From Alphaproteobacteria bacterium (GTDB taxonomy: Bacteria > Pseudomonadota > Alphaproteobacteria > Rs-D84): a stretch of 64,000 bases of DNA. Where the stretch lies: the NCBI GenBank assembly GCA_017511715.1, contig JAFWJF010000007.1:73160-137159 (forward strand), read 5' to 3'. The translations under genes were made by a program, and so were the position numbers. How positions within the stretch are numbered: position 1 is the stretch's first letter; each line of letters starts with the position of its first letter. The notes beneath the pieces were generated by a model that was not told the origin of the DNA, did no database searches, and was given only the letters and a program-made list of their open reading frames with translations. Positions 8,301 through 19,375 of the stretch are shown in pieces.

Positions 8301-10961
8301 TTATTTTTTGCGTGGGTGTTTAACCGCCGCTTGTGCCGCCGCCAAACGTGCAATTGGCACGCGGAACGGAGAACAAGATACCGAATTGAATCCGCATTTA
8401 TGGAAGAATTCAATAGAGTCAGGATCACCACCATGTTCACCACACACACCAAGATGAATTTCTTCGCCCTTGGTTGCACGTGCTTTCTCAACAGCGTCTT
8501 TAATCAACAGACCAACACCCAATTGATCAACGGATGCAAATGGGTCTGCGACATAAACACCGCGTGCGCGATATTCGTCTAAGATTTTACCAGTATCATC
8601 ACGCGACATACCCAATGTTGTTTGTGTCAAATCGTTTGTTCCGAATTCAAAGAATTCACAAGATTCTGCGATTTCGTTAGCCAACAATGCCGCACGTGGC
8701 AATTCAATCATTGAACCAACTTTGTATTCAACACTGTCGCCTGTTTCTGCAAACAATGCAGATGCAGTCGCATCAATCACAGATTTAACAATATCCACTT
8801 CTTTCTTTGACCCAACCAATGGAACTTCGATTTCTGGGAATACGCGAACGCCTGCTTTTTTGCATTCGATAGCCGCCGACAAAATTGCACGTGTTTGCAT
8901 TTCGCAGATTTCAGGATATGTAATCGCCAAGCGGCAACCACGATGTCCAAGCATTGGGTTTTGTTCTTTTAATGCTTCACTGCGTGCCTTTACGAATTCA
9001 ACAGATTTGCCAATGTGTTTTGCCAATTCCGCCATGTCTTCTTCGGTATGAGGCAAGAATTCATGTAAAGGTGGATCGATTAAACGAATTGTCACTGGCA
9101 GACCATCCATAATCTTGAACAATTCGACAAAGTCTGCTTTCTGATACGGCAACAATTTATCCAGCGCAGCACGACGACCAGCTTCATCATCAGCCAAAAT
9201 CATTTCACGCATATCTTGGATACGGCTTGGGTCAAAGAACATGTGTTCTGTACGCGCAAGTCCAATACCTTCGGCACCAAAATCACGTGCTTGTTTTGCA
9301 TCTTTTGGTGTTTCTGCGTTTGCTTTCACTGTCAAATCTTTGATTTCATCAACCCATTTCATCAATGTACCAAAATTACCAGTCAATTCTACAGATACAG
9401 TTGGAACCGCACCTTCGATAATTTCGCCTTTGGCGCCATCAATGGAAACCCAATCACCTTCGTGGATAACCGCGCCAGATGTTGTCTTCATTGTCTTGGT
9501 TTCATAATCAATTTTGATGTCAGGCGAACCAGATACGCATGGTGTTCCCATACCACGTGCAACCACAGCCGCGTGTGAAGTCATACCACCACGTGCAGTA
9601 ATAACACCCTGCGCCGCGTTCATACCCGCAATATCTTCTGGGGAAGTTTCAACGCGGATAAGCATAACTTTTTTGCCTTCTTTCTTCCAGGCTTCTGCAT
9701 CTTCTGCGTTAAATACAGCCTGACCAACCGCGGCACCTGGGGACGCAGGAAGTCCGGTCGCTATAACTTTTCTTTCTGCCTTTGGGTCCAACATTGGATG
9801 CAACAAGTGATTTAATTGGTCTGCACCAACGCGCAAGATTGCTTCTTCTTTTGTTAACAAGCCTTCTTCGACCATTTCTACCGCCATACGGACAGCAGCA
9901 GCAGCGGTTCTTTTACCATTACGGCATTGCAACATCCACAATTTTTTGTGTTCAATTGTGAATTCCATATCTTGCATGTCTTTGTAATGTTTTTCCAATT
10001 TATCACGAACATCAACCAATTGTGCATATACTTCTGGCATTGCTTCTTCTAATGAAGTACGACCAGAACCATCTTTTGCCATAGGCTGTGGAGTTCTGAT
10101 ACCTGCCACAACGTCTTCACCCTGGGCATTAATCAGATATTCGCCATAGAATTTGTTTTCACCAGTTGCTGGGTCACGAGAAAAACACACACCAGTTGCA
10201 GAATCATCACCAGAATTACCGAATACCATCGCTTGGACATTTACAGCGGTTCCCCAATCGCCAGGGATGTTATTTAATTTACGATATGTGATGGCTTTTT
10301 TTGACATCCAAGAACCAAACACAGCACCGATACCCAATTTCAACTGTTCCCATGGGTCTTGTGGGAAAACTTTGCCAATTTTGACACCGATTTCCTTGAA
10401 CTTTTCAACCAATTCTTTCAAGTCTTCGGCGGTCAATTCTGTATCGACTTTGTATCCTTTGTCTTCCTTCATACGTTCCAAAGTGTGTTCGAACAAGTCA
10501 ATATCTGCACCCAACACAACGTCCGAAAACATCATAATGAAACGACGATAAGAATCATAAGCAAATCTTTCATTATTTGCCGCCTTTGCCAAAGCCTTTA
10601 CAGTTTCATCATTCAAGCCTAAATTTAATACTGTATCCATCATACCAGGCATGGAAACACGCGCACCAGAACGAACAGACACCAACAAAGGATTTTCGTT
10701 ATCTGCAAATTTTTTGCCCATAATAGATTCAATATGTGCAACACCCGCTTTCACTTGGTCCATCAAATCAGCAGGATAAGTTTGTCCGTTTTCATAATAA
10801 TATGTACAAACATCAGTTGTGACTGTGAAGCCCGCAGGAACCGGCAATCCAACCAAATTCATTTCTGCCAAATTAGCACCCTTGCCCCCCAACAGATTAC
10901 GCATATCTGCGCGACCTTCGGCGGCACCATTTCCAAATGTATAAACCCATTTATTTGCCAT
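8301..10961 (-). CDS. ppdK: Pyruvate, phosphate dikinase
   Basis: LLGGKGANLAEM, SVRSGARVSMPGMMDT, GGMTSHAAVVAR (phospho-His), GTNDLTQ, CGEHGGDP. Start MANKWVY at 10961 after GGAGA. Confidence 0.97.
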   Translation of the reverse strand: MANKWVYTFGNGAAEGRADMRNLLGGKGANLAEMNLVGLPVPAGFTVTTDVCTYYYENGQTYPADLMDQVKAGVAHIESIMGKKFADNENPLLVSVRSGARVSMPGMMDTVLNLGLNDETVKALAKAANNERFAYDSYRRFIMMFSDVVLGADIDLFEHTLERMKEDKGYKVDTELTAEDLKELVEKFKEIGVKIGKVFPQDPWEQLKLGIGAVFGSWMSKKAITYRKLNNIPGDWGTAVNVQAMVFGNSGDDSATGVCFSRDPATGENKFYGEYLINAQGEDVVAGIRTPQPMAKDGSGRTSLEEAMPEVYAQLVDVRDKLEKHYKDMQDMEFTIEHKKLWMLQCRNGKRTAAAAVRMAVEMVEEGLLTKEEAILRVGADQLNHLLHPMLDPKAERKVIATGLPASPGAAVGQAVFNAEDAEAWKKEGKKVMLIRVETSPEDIAGMNAAQGVITARGGMTSHAAVVARGMGTPCVSGSPDIKIDYETKTMKTTSGAVIHEGDWVSIDGAKGEIIEGAVPTVSVELTGNFGTLMKWVDEIKDLTVKANAETPKDAKQARDFGAEGIGLARTEHMFFDPSRIQDMREMILADDEAGRRAALDKLLPYQKADFVELFKIMDGLPVTIRLIDPPLHEFLPHTEEDMAELAKHIGKSVEFVKARSEALKEQNPMLGHRGCRLAITYPEICEMQTRAILSAAIECKKAGVRVFPEIEVPLVGSKKEVDIVKSVIDATASALFAETGDSVEYKVGSMIELPRAALLANEIAESCEFFEFGTNDLTQTTLGMSRDDTGKILDEYRARGVYVADPFASVDQLGVGLLIKDAVEKARATKGEEIHLGVCGEHGGDPDSIEFFHKCGFNSVSCSPFRVPIARLAAAQAAVKHPRKK

Positions 10962-11118
10962 GGTATCTCCTTTATAATTAAGTTTATGTAAGACGGGCGT
11001 ATTGTGAAGAAAAACATTCATAAAAGCAAGGACAAAATCATAAAAATTTGTTTTTTTATCCAAAAATACAAATATTGACAAATGTTGATAAATTGGGTAA
11101 TCTGTCCCTGAACAAGTT

Positions 11119-12897
11119 ATGGGAACAGAAAAAATGAAGAAAATAACTGAAAATATGTTTATAAAAAATTACAAGCGCATGTGGCCATATATCAGGCCGT
11201 TTTGGGTTCGCGCTTTGTTAACAATACTGCTGGCCATCCCTGTGGGTATGTTGGATGCAGTGATTGCATGGGCTATTAAGCCGTTTACCGATGGTATGAT
11301 GACAGAAAACCCATTATTTCCGGCGTGGTTGTTGCCGGTTGTGATTGTTGGCTTTACAACGGTTCAGGGCGCATTGACATACACCGTTGGATACCTGAAC
11401 ACATGGGTTGGTGGCAAGATTACAAATTTACTGAAAGCCGACTTGTTCAAGAAATTGTTAACATTTGAAACAGAATTTTTTACATCAAAAAATTCTGGTG
11501 ATATTTTGGTTAAATTCAGCAGCAATGCCGATACGGCCTGTGCTGGTTTGTTGAGTAATGTAAAATCTTTCGTACAGAAATTCTTCACATCAATTTCTTT
11601 GATATTCGTATTATTTTATAATTCATGGCAATTAGCATTGGTTTGCGTAACAATATTGCTTTGTGCATTTTTGCCAATGTTGTCGTTAAAGAAACGTGTG
11701 ACACCTGTGTTAAATCGTTCAATGCAAGTTGGCGCATCACTGACAACAAAATATAATGAAACATATGCAGGAAACAAAACTATTATCTCTTACAATTTGG
11801 AAGAATATCAGGACAATCGTTATTTAACCGTGCTTGATGAAACTTTCAATTTGGGCATGAAATTATTCAAAAGAACACAATGGTTAACACCTGTAATCCA
11901 CATTGTTTTATCTTTTGGTATCGCACTGGCGTTGTGGTTTGGTTCTTATTTAATCGCGCATGGGCAATTAACCACAGGTGGCTTTGTATCGTTCTTGACA
12001 TCATTGATATTGTTATATACACCAATCAAAGCGTTGAGTGGTGATTATAATTCAATGTTGCGTTCTTTCTGGGCGATTGAGCAAGTATTTGATGTATTGG
12101 ATACAAAACCAGCAATCACAGATTCTAAACACGCAATAGAAATGCCAAAAACACATAAACAAATCAAATTTAATGATGTGACATTTAACTATTTACCTGA
12201 TGTGCCAGTGTTGAAAGACATTAACTTGACTGTTAACCAAGGCGAAACTGTTGCAATAGTTGGTAATTCAGGTGGCGGTAAAACAACATTGGTAAACCTG
12301 TTACCACGTTTTTATGACGTGACAAAGGGGGCAATTACTGTTGACGGTACAGATATTCGTGATTTCACATTGCATTCTTTGCGTCAAAATATCGCTGTTG
12401 TTTTCCAAGATAATTTCTTGTTCGAAGGTACCATTCGTGAAAACATAATGTTGGGTAATGAAAACGCAACCGAAGAAGAAGTAAAACGTGCAACTAAATT
12501 GGCGTATCTTGATGAATTTCTTGCGACATTAAAACACGGTCTTGATACCAAAATTGGCGAACGCGGTATAACATTGTCTGGCGGGCAGCGTCAACGTGTT
12601 GCGATTGCGCGTGCATTTCTTAAAAACGCACCAATATTAGTGTTAGACGAAGCAACATCTGCATTGGATAACAAATCAGAAGCCGTCGTGCAAAAGGCAA
12701 TTGAAAACTTGATGCATGATAAAACAGTGTTTGTTATCGCGCACAGATTATCAACCATCCGTAACGCAACAAAAATTATTGTTGTGAATGATGGAAAAAT
12801 TGTAGAATCTGGTTCACACGAAGATTTATTAAAATTGGAATGCGGTGCATACAAAACATTGTACGAAATGCAATTCAAAACCAAAGAAGACAAATAA
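11119..12897 (+). CDS. msbA: ABC transporter ATP-binding/permease, MsbA-like lipid A flippase
   Basis: Six-TM domain plus GNSGGGKT Walker A, LSGGQRQR signature, LVLDEATSALD, IAHRLST. Confidence 0.75.
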   Translation: MGTEKMKKITENMFIKNYKRMWPYIRPFWVRALLTILLAIPVGMLDAVIAWAIKPFTDGMMTENPLFPAWLLPVVIVGFTTVQGALTYTVGYLNTWVGGKITNLLKADLFKKLLTFETEFFTSKNSGDILVKFSSNADTACAGLLSNVKSFVQKFFTSISLIFVLFYNSWQLALVCVTILLCAFLPMLSLKKRVTPVLNRSMQVGASLTTKYNETYAGNKTIISYNLEEYQDNRYLTVLDETFNLGMKLFKRTQWLTPVIHIVLSFGIALALWFGSYLIAHGQLTTGGFVSFLTSLILLYTPIKALSGDYNSMLRSFWAIEQVFDVLDTKPAITDSKHAIEMPKTHKQIKFNDVTFNYLPDVPVLKDINLTVNQGETVAIVGNSGGGKTTLVNLLPRFYDVTKGAITVDGTDIRDFTLHSLRQNIAVVFQDNFLFEGTIRENIMLGNENATEEEVKRATKLAYLDEFLATLKHGLDTKIGERGITLSGGQRQRVAIARAFLKNAPILVLDEATSALDNKSEAVVQKAIENLMHDKTVFVIAHRLSTIRNATKIIVVNDGKIVESGSHEDLLKLECGAYKTLYEMQFKTKEDK

Positions 12898-12900
12898 ACG

Positions 12901-12927
12901 AAAAGGTCGCAAATGCGACCTTTTTTT
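12901..12927. terminator. Bidirectional intrinsic terminator
   Basis: AAAAGGTCGCA-aa-TGCGACCTTTT between convergent genes. Confidence 0.75.
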
Positions 12928-13047
12928 GTGTGTCAGAAAGAATTTTCCGATTGGTCAAAACCCCATAGAGCATTTTCTCCAACCGATAAATATAATATTA
13001 TTTCTGACGCGTTTTTTACACGGGAACGATTTCCCGGGCATTATTTC

Positions 13048-13353
13048 TTATTTTTTAGCAAAAACATTTTCAGGTGTATTGATATTACATACCCCAACAA
13101 TAAAATCTATCAAAGACCAAATTGCAGTAATAAAAACCCCAAAAACTGTACAGGTCAACAAAAACATTGCCACGCCCGAACCTATTTTTCCGGCATAAAA
13201 ACGATGTGCACCAAACACGCCCAGGAACCAGCACAACAATAAATATACACCCATTGATTTAGAAAAATCATATTGTACATATCCGCACTTTGGACAAGCC
13301 TTTGCTTTATCAGAATGTCTTGCACCACATTCACGACAATAAATCATAGCCAT
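13048..13353 (-). CDS. Zinc-ribbon + TM2 (NINE) domain membrane protein
   Basis: CRECG..CPKCG followed by LLCWFLGVFGAHRFYAGK. Confidence 0.88.
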   Translation of the reverse strand: MAMIYCRECGARHSDKAKACPKCGYVQYDFSKSMGVYLLLCWFLGVFGAHRFYAGKIGSGVAMFLLTCTVFGVFITAIWSLIDFIVGVCNINTPENVFAKK

Positions 13354-13733
13354 TATTTTACCCTTTTTTTGCTTTTAGTTAATTCATACGATACTTTTAT
13401 CAAAAATTCAACATCAGAAATTGAAACGCTGCCATCCAACAACACAGACACCCACGCCACTTTATTCATGTGATAAGCCGGCATAATGCCCTTTTGTGTT
13501 ATAAAACTGCCGATAACGACGGGGTCTGTTTTTACATTCAATACATCAACCAAATCTTCGCCAGACAAGCCCAATTTATATTTCGGAACTGCCATTATCA
13601 ACCCGAACCATTTTCGATTATCCTGATGCCTTAAAACGACAAATTCGGGGTATTTAGCCCATGGTGTATCCCCAGAAACTTTCAGTTTCTTTTTAACAAA
13701 GCCTAAAACATCACTGCGCAAAGATTTTTTCAT
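13353..13733 (-). CDS. MmcQ/YjbR family DNA-binding protein
   Basis: LRHQDNRKWFGLIM..NVKTDP..PAYHMNK..WVSVLLDG..SYELT. Confidence 0.9.
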   Translation of the reverse strand: MKKSLRSDVLGFVKKKLKVSGDTPWAKYPEFVVLRHQDNRKWFGLIMAVPKYKLGLSGEDLVDVLNVKTDPVVIGSFITQKGIMPAYHMNKVAWVSVLLDGSVSISDVEFLIKVSYELTKSKKRVK

Positions 13734-13835
13734 AACAAAAAGATTATATCATAATAATACTTGTTTTTACAAAAAAATGTTCTAGACTCTAGGTTTTAAT
13801 CAGTAATTTCTACTTTTAACCAAGGATGAATAATT

Positions 13836-14423
13836 ATGAAAAAATTGATGCTTGAATATGCATATGTAAAACCTTTCAGGGAAGACCTGAACCCCTACCG
13901 CATCAAAACAGCGTTTAATTTTTATATGAACGATTTGAAGCCACTAATTGCGGAAGCGGGTCAACAACTTGAAGGCCCACACGGTTTGAACACACACACA
14001 ACATCCGTTGTTTTTCGTGGCATAGATTATGCGCTGCATATAGGTTGCAATCCGATTCCAGTGGTTTTTGCCTGTGCATTTCATGATATGGCGCGCAACA
14101 ATGATAACGTTGACCAAGGTCACGGTCAAAGGGCAATACCTATGGCGACAAAAATCATGAAAAAATTCCCATATTTACTTGATTCTGATGCATGCTTTTC
14201 TATCTTGTACGCGATACTGAATCATTCAAATGGTCTTTTTGCCAAAGATTGCATTTCATCTTGCCTTTGGGATGCAGACCGCACACGTATGGCATGGCAA
14301 CATGGTTATAATGAACGTTTTTTCAATACGAATCGCGGCAGATATGTTGCACAACACTATCGAAAATATCTTGAATTTCAGCAAAGTGTTTTCCCGAACA
14401 TACAATGGTCAAGACAGTACTAA
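13836..14423 (+). CDS. HD-domain phosphohydrolase
   Basis: HGLNTH..ACAFHDMAR..GHG..HS..LWDADR metal-binding motifs. Confidence 0.8.
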   Translation: MKKLMLEYAYVKPFREDLNPYRIKTAFNFYMNDLKPLIAEAGQQLEGPHGLNTHTTSVVFRGIDYALHIGCNPIPVVFACAFHDMARNNDNVDQGHGQRAIPMATKIMKKFPYLLDSDACFSILYAILNHSNGLFAKDCISSCLWDADRTRMAWQHGYNERFFNTNRGRYVAQHYRKYLEFQQSVFPNIQWSRQY

Positions 14424-14543
14424 GAATCATGGTGGCAGGCAAAAAACCTGCCATATCTTTTTTTATAAAAATAAAATCCTTGTCTATATTGTTTTAGAGG
14501 TTTATAATATCCCCGTGCAAAGACACATAAAAGGAGAACTATT

Positions 14544-15155
14544 ATGAAAACAAAATTATTATTGATTGGAACAAGCGCATTTGCATTGTCTGTTGCGGGG
14601 GCAAGTGCAACAGAATACAGACCATTTGTTGGCGTTGCCATGGGGGTCCAGGGTATTATTTATGATGATGCAATTGAAGACAGCGCGCCATATTATCTGC
14701 CAAAAGACTTCATTGCGTTTGGTATCGAAGGCGGTATGCGTTTTGGTTCTTATGATAAAATCTATAATGGTGGTTTTTCTGTGAACGTTAATACATCTGA
14801 TTCTGAAAAAGTATCTTATAAGTTCACAAACGAAACATATGCAAAGTTAAAGACAACCACATTAACCACAACATATGACAATTTTATCCGTGTCAGTGGC
14901 AACAAGGCCAAACGTATTGATTTAGTTTTAGGCGCAGGTGTTGGTGCAATGAACTATCATCTTGATTCCCAAATAGCCACAGCAGAAGACGAAACAGCAT
15001 GGTCAACAGCTTTGGCTTTCAAGGCGGGGCTTGATTTCGAATTAACCAAAAACTTAACCCTGTCTGCGAACATGCGTATGTTTGTCCCGACACGTGAACA
15101 TTATAACATTGCGGCATCATATGTTGCTGGTGGTGCGATAAAATATATATTCTAG
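14544..15155 (+). CDS. Outer-membrane beta-barrel protein (8-stranded OmpA/OMP_b-brl-like)
   Basis: Signal peptide, alternating amphipathic strands (LVLGAGVG, FKAGLDFEL), C-terminal Y-x-F. Confidence 0.75.
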   Translation: MKTKLLLIGTSAFALSVAGASATEYRPFVGVAMGVQGIIYDDAIEDSAPYYLPKDFIAFGIEGGMRFGSYDKIYNGGFSVNVNTSDSEKVSYKFTNETYAKLKTTTLTTTYDNFIRVSGNKAKRIDLVLGAGVGAMNYHLDSQIATAEDETAWSTALAFKAGLDFELTKNLTLSANMRMFVPTREHYNIAASYVAGGAIKYIF

Positions 15156-15175
15156 TATGATTATATATACTTAAC

Positions 15176-15202
15176 AAAAAACGCCCGTTGGGGCGTTTTT
15201 TT
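15176..15202. terminator. Bidirectional terminator between the OMP gene and the fibre-gene array
   Basis: AAAAAACGCCC-gttg-GGGCGTTTTTT. Confidence 0.75.
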
Positions 15203-15272
15203 ATGATTATTTTCCATATAGAAACTAAAAACGGTGGCGAACGCCACCGCAAACAAAAGTTTAAGTGAAACT

Positions 15273-15575
15273 TTATTCAACCCAGATATTTGCACGGGTT
15301 GCAGAATTGGTTGACCCCACAGGTATAGTAATTTCATTTGTACGCGTAACGGTGACGGTTCCGTCCGCAGCACTTACCGAAGTCACGATTGCACCGGTGC
15401 CCTGGGTGACGTTTGATGCGGACAATTTTGCCTGTTTCGCGGTGTCCAATGCATTATAAGCACCCTTAACATAACTGGCGGTTGCGACGTTACCATCAGT
15501 GGCCGCCGTCCCTGGTGCCGCCATTGCGGGTGAAATCATTGTTAAAATTGATAAAATACAAAATACTTTTTTCAT
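15273..15575 (-). CDS. Small secreted fibre-family protein (minimal member, 100 aa)
   Basis: Signal peptide; DGNVATASYVKGAYNAL motif shared with neighbours; ends ITIPVG..NIWVE. Confidence 0.75.
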   Translation of the reverse strand: MKKVFCILSILTMISPAMAAPGTAATDGNVATASYVKGAYNALDTAKQAKLSASNVTQGTGAIVTSVSAADGTVTVTRTNEITIPVGSTNSATRANIWVE

Positions 15576-15670
15576 GGTTCAAACAAAATATTTTTTATTA
15601 TATTAATTTATTAACTTGTTTTTTCTGAATGATTGCACAGGACGCGCAATCATTCAGGTTGTTTTTATTT

Positions 15671-17215
15671 TTACGATTCTGTGTATTTAACAGAAGCACT
15701 GTTAATGGACGTGTTAACCGTACCACTGGTCACAGAACCTGTGACTTGCGCGGTGCCAGCGGCTTCGCTTGTCCAATCAGTGACTGTTGCAACAGTCCCT
15801 GTAATCGCAGTACTTGCCAATGAAGAAGTCAACGTTACATCTTTGATTGTTTCAACTACACCGGCTTGTTTTGCCATACTGCTTGTTGCGGTTGTAATTG
15901 CAGAACGAACAGCTTTTTCTGTTGGTAATGATGTGTCAGCACCGGTTGCCCCAACAGAAGTGACTATTGTTCCACTCTTAAAGTTCGTTGTTTTCAAGTT
16001 AGTAATCGAATTACCTGTTCCTTCGGCATCAATAGTCTTGTTCGTGAAAGTATTAGTGCTGCTTGCCGTCACCATACCAGATGTAGCAGTTGCAACTTTT
16101 TCATCAACATAACCCTTGGTGGTTAAACCCGTACCGGTATATGTTGTTGGTGCCGCTGCAGCCTGGATACCATTTGTAAGGCTTACGCCATTTGTATCAA
16201 CAGTGATACCGCCACCAGACTTTGCTTTAACCGCAAGAGTTGTACCATCTTTCGACAAACCGTTTCCGGCACTTTGGATTGCGTTATCAGCCTTAGTACC
16301 TTGTGCAGCAGTTGCATATGCGTTTGATGCGGTGTATGCCGCGGAACCTAAACCATGAACGGCAACATCTGTACCATCAACAGCGATTGTACCGTTTGCT
16401 GTACCTTCAACAACAGATTGAACCGCGCTATCTGCCAAGTCCAAAGATGTCTGCACACCGGAAGCCAGGGCAGTTTTTGCAACTGTACCAGCTGTTAATT
16501 TTGCACCATCCAAAGCACTTGTTGGTTGTAATGCGGTATCTGCCTTTGCACCTTGTGCGGCGGTTGCATATGTACCAGATTTAACCTGTAATGCGCCGGT
16601 TGTTGTGTTCTTTTCGATTGTTGTGCCATCTACTTTGACGCTGATTGTTTTAGAACCATCCGTAGTACCGGCAAATTCCAAACCACCTTTGTCTGTCAAA
16701 TCTGCGCTAACTGTTGTTCCAGATTTCGTTAAACCGTTACCAGCCGTTTGCAGTGCAGAGTCTGCTTTTGTACCTTGTGCAGAGCTTGCATATGCGGTTG
16801 ATGCGGTGTATGCTGCAGAACCTAAGCCTTTAACAGATACATCTGTACCTTTGACACTAATAGTACCGTTTGCAGAACCTGTTGTGATATCCGCCTTTTG
16901 CAATGCGTTTGCACCGGCAGATGCATTTGATCTTATTGTTGCAAGGTCGGAAATTGTATCTTGCTTGGTATCTTGTAATTTATTAACAGCCTTAATCGCA
17001 GCATTATATGCGCCCTTAACATAGCCGGCAGTTGCAACTTTGCCATCATTGGCAGTTGATGTCGCCAATGCATATTTTGGTGGGTTTGTTGCAGATGCAG
17101 CACCAGATGCAGTTGAACCAGGGTCACCGGCAACAACATCGCCAACGGCGGCGCCTGCCATCATTGGGGCGGCGGTTAAAATCGCGACCAACGATATTCC
17201 AAGTAATTTTTTCAT
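15671..17215 (-). CDS. Secreted fibre-family protein (514 aa) with duplicated tail-fibre-like module
   Basis: MKKLLGISLVA signal; ATAGYVKGAYNAAIKAVNK; two copies of ANGTI.V.GTDV.V.GLGSAAYTAS.AYA..AQGTKAD.A.Q.AGNGL.K.GTT, 474 bp apart; VATVTDW near the C-terminus. Confidence 0.8.
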   Translation of the reverse strand: MKKLLGISLVAILTAAPMMAGAAVGDVVAGDPGSTASGAASATNPPKYALATSTANDGKVATAGYVKGAYNAAIKAVNKLQDTKQDTISDLATIRSNASAGANALQKADITTGSANGTISVKGTDVSVKGLGSAAYTASTAYASSAQGTKADSALQTAGNGLTKSGTTVSADLTDKGGLEFAGTTDGSKTISVKVDGTTIEKNTTTGALQVKSGTYATAAQGAKADTALQPTSALDGAKLTAGTVAKTALASGVQTSLDLADSAVQSVVEGTANGTIAVDGTDVAVHGLGSAAYTASNAYATAAQGTKADNAIQSAGNGLSKDGTTLAVKAKSGGGITVDTNGVSLTNGIQAAAAPTTYTGTGLTTKGYVDEKVATATSGMVTASSTNTFTNKTIDAEGTGNSITNLKTTNFKSGTIVTSVGATGADTSLPTEKAVRSAITTATSSMAKQAGVVETIKDVTLTSSLASTAITGTVATVTDWTSEAAGTAQVTGSVTSGTVNTSINSASVKYTES

Positions 17216-17309
17216 GTTTTCCTTCCTTTTTTTCCTTTCCTAAGAATCTTTTTGCGATTAAATTATAACATAATTCACGCTTTTATTCCAAACACTTTTT
17301 TGCCAAATA

Positions 17310-18008
17310 TTATTCCAAAGTAGGCAAACTGACCAATTTCGTTGTCACAGGCTGTGGGTTGGACCAACTTTCAACATAAGTGATTGTTTTGTTTTCCAAT
17401 GTATTAACCGCGGAATTTACTTCATTAATCGCGCCAACAGCGCTGTCTTTGTCTGATGTGTTCAAACCATCCAAATTACCAACCGTAGAATATACTTCAT
17501 TAATCGCACCAACAACGTTGGTTTGGTCTGTTGTGTTCAAATCATTCAAATTACCAACACTGGCAGATGTTCCTTCGTAATCTTGCAAGGCATCTGCTAT
17601 CTGGGATGCAACAGAACCCGCCACATCTGCACCACCATTCAAGGTTTCAATAGCCTCATGGTCATCGTTAACGATTTTTGCCAAACCATTTACTGGATCC
17701 AAAATCATATCAGAAGTCGATTTTACCTGGTTATCCAATGCGGTCAAATTAGCTGAAACTGATTTGCCGGCCTTGATAAAAGTTCCATCCGTTGTCACGG
17801 CGGTATCGTCAATTAACAAATCGATTTTGTCGGCTGTTGTTTTATACGCGCCACCGACATAAGATGTCGTTGCCAAATTAGAAGTCGCAACCGGGTCAGC
17901 CGCATCTAATTTTGTCAAAGATGCAGAACGGTCACCTTCTGCCGCCATTGCCATCATTGGCGACACGGCCAAAACCGCAACCAAAGATATTCCAAGTATT
18001 TTTTTCAT
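17310..18008 (-). CDS. Secreted fibre-family protein (232 aa), coiled-coil type
   Basis: MKKILGISLVAVLAVSPMMAMA signal; ATTSYVGGAY; two VGNL..LNT.D....VGAINEV repeats; ITYVESW near the C-terminus. Confidence 0.8.
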   Translation of the reverse strand: MKKILGISLVAVLAVSPMMAMAAEGDRSASLTKLDAADPVATSNLATTSYVGGAYKTTADKIDLLIDDTAVTTDGTFIKAGKSVSANLTALDNQVKSTSDMILDPVNGLAKIVNDDHEAIETLNGGADVAGSVASQIADALQDYEGTSASVGNLNDLNTTDQTNVVGAINEVYSTVGNLDGLNTSDKDSAVGAINEVNSAVNTLENKTITYVESWSNPQPVTTKLVSLPTLE

Positions 18009-18127
18009 TTCTTCCTTCCCTTTTTTCCTTTGAATAAAATAAGAAATATTTTTTATATCGAAATATTTTCCATTTTATCCGCCTTGGACGGTTGCGCCTA
18101 AACGCAACCGCCCAAAATGGGAATTAA

Positions 18128-19171
18128 TTAATTCCTAAACGAACTAATCGTCATTGTGGATGTGGTATCGTTACCACTTGCCCCGCCCCAAGCCGTTGCG
18201 ACAGGAATTGCAGTGCCATCGATTGCTTCAATACCACCGGCAAGACTTACCAAGTTACCCGCAACACCTGCACCCTCGGTCAAAATTGTATGAGCTTGTG
18301 CTTGTGCAGCAGTAACGGTTGAATCAGATTTGTCTTGTTTCGCCGCCAAATCAGTTGTGTAATCAGCCACAGCAGTTGCAGCATTATCCCAAGCAGTTTT
18401 TTGAGCTTCTGTTACAAAAGCGTTATTTGCATCTGTTGCGACATATGCAGGATTCAATTGGTTAGTAGCAGATAATTCATCCTGTTTGCCAGACCATGTT
18501 GTTTTTTCTGCATCCGTCACGAATCGGTGATCTGCATCCGTTGTGATATCAGATGCAGCGCCAGTTGTTGCGACAGTTGCCAAACCTGTGATATCAGATG
18601 CTGCACCGGTTGTTGCGACTGTTGCAAGACTCCCTGGTTGAACCGCTGTGTCTGCCAAGCCCAAAGATGTAACAACACCAGATGCCAATTGAGTTGTGCC
18701 GATACTGCCAGCCTTGACTTCTAATTGTTTGTTGGCGTTTAATCCAACTGTTGTATCATCGACTTTTACGCTAAAAACACCTTCGGCACTTTTCGCCAAA
18801 CCGTCACCAGCAGATGTTGCAGATGTGCTGACTGCATTTTTGATTGCATAACCGATTGTGCCTTCAACATAACCTTCATCATTTGCATTATATGTTGCAA
18901 GTGCAGCCTTATCTTTGATCTCTTTCCTTACAGAACCGGCGGTTTGATCATTACCGTTTAATTTTGTAACGGCGGCATTAACATTTGCCAAATCGCCTTC
19001 TACTGCATTATACGCGCCCTTTACATAAGATTGGGTTGTGAATGCAGAACCAGTTGTATCGTTCAAAGTACCGGCGATTGTGACGGCGGACCCCAGTTCG
19101 CCCTCTGCCATTGCCATCATTGGCGACACAGCCAAAACCGCAACCAATGATATTCCAAGTATTTTTTTCAT
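18128..19171 (-). CDS. Secreted fibre-family protein (347 aa)
   Basis: Same signal peptide; FTTQSYVKGAYNA; LATVATTGAASDIT twice; HRFVTDAEKTTW / AFVTEAQKTAW; IPVATAW near the C-terminus. Confidence 0.8.
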   Translation of the reverse strand: MKKILGISLVAVLAVSPMMAMAEGELGSAVTIAGTLNDTTGSAFTTQSYVKGAYNAVEGDLANVNAAVTKLNGNDQTAGSVRKEIKDKAALATYNANDEGYVEGTIGYAIKNAVSTSATSAGDGLAKSAEGVFSVKVDDTTVGLNANKQLEVKAGSIGTTQLASGVVTSLGLADTAVQPGSLATVATTGAASDITGLATVATTGAASDITTDADHRFVTDAEKTTWSGKQDELSATNQLNPAYVATDANNAFVTEAQKTAWDNAATAVADYTTDLAAKQDKSDSTVTAAQAQAHTILTEGAGVAGNLVSLAGGIEAIDGTAIPVATAWGGASGNDTTSTMTISSFRN

Positions 19172-19375
19172 GTTTTCCTTCCTTTGTTTTGTTTATTTTC
19201 TCTCTAAAAACTTTTTTCCTTTCCATGACATTTTATCATAAATCGGACAAGTGTTTCAAACGCTTTTTATGTTTTTTTTACGATAAAATGAAAAATATTT
19301 CGATTCGGAAAATATTTTCTATTTTATCCTTTGTAATGGATGGATGGGATAACCCCACCCACCCAAAACAAGAGA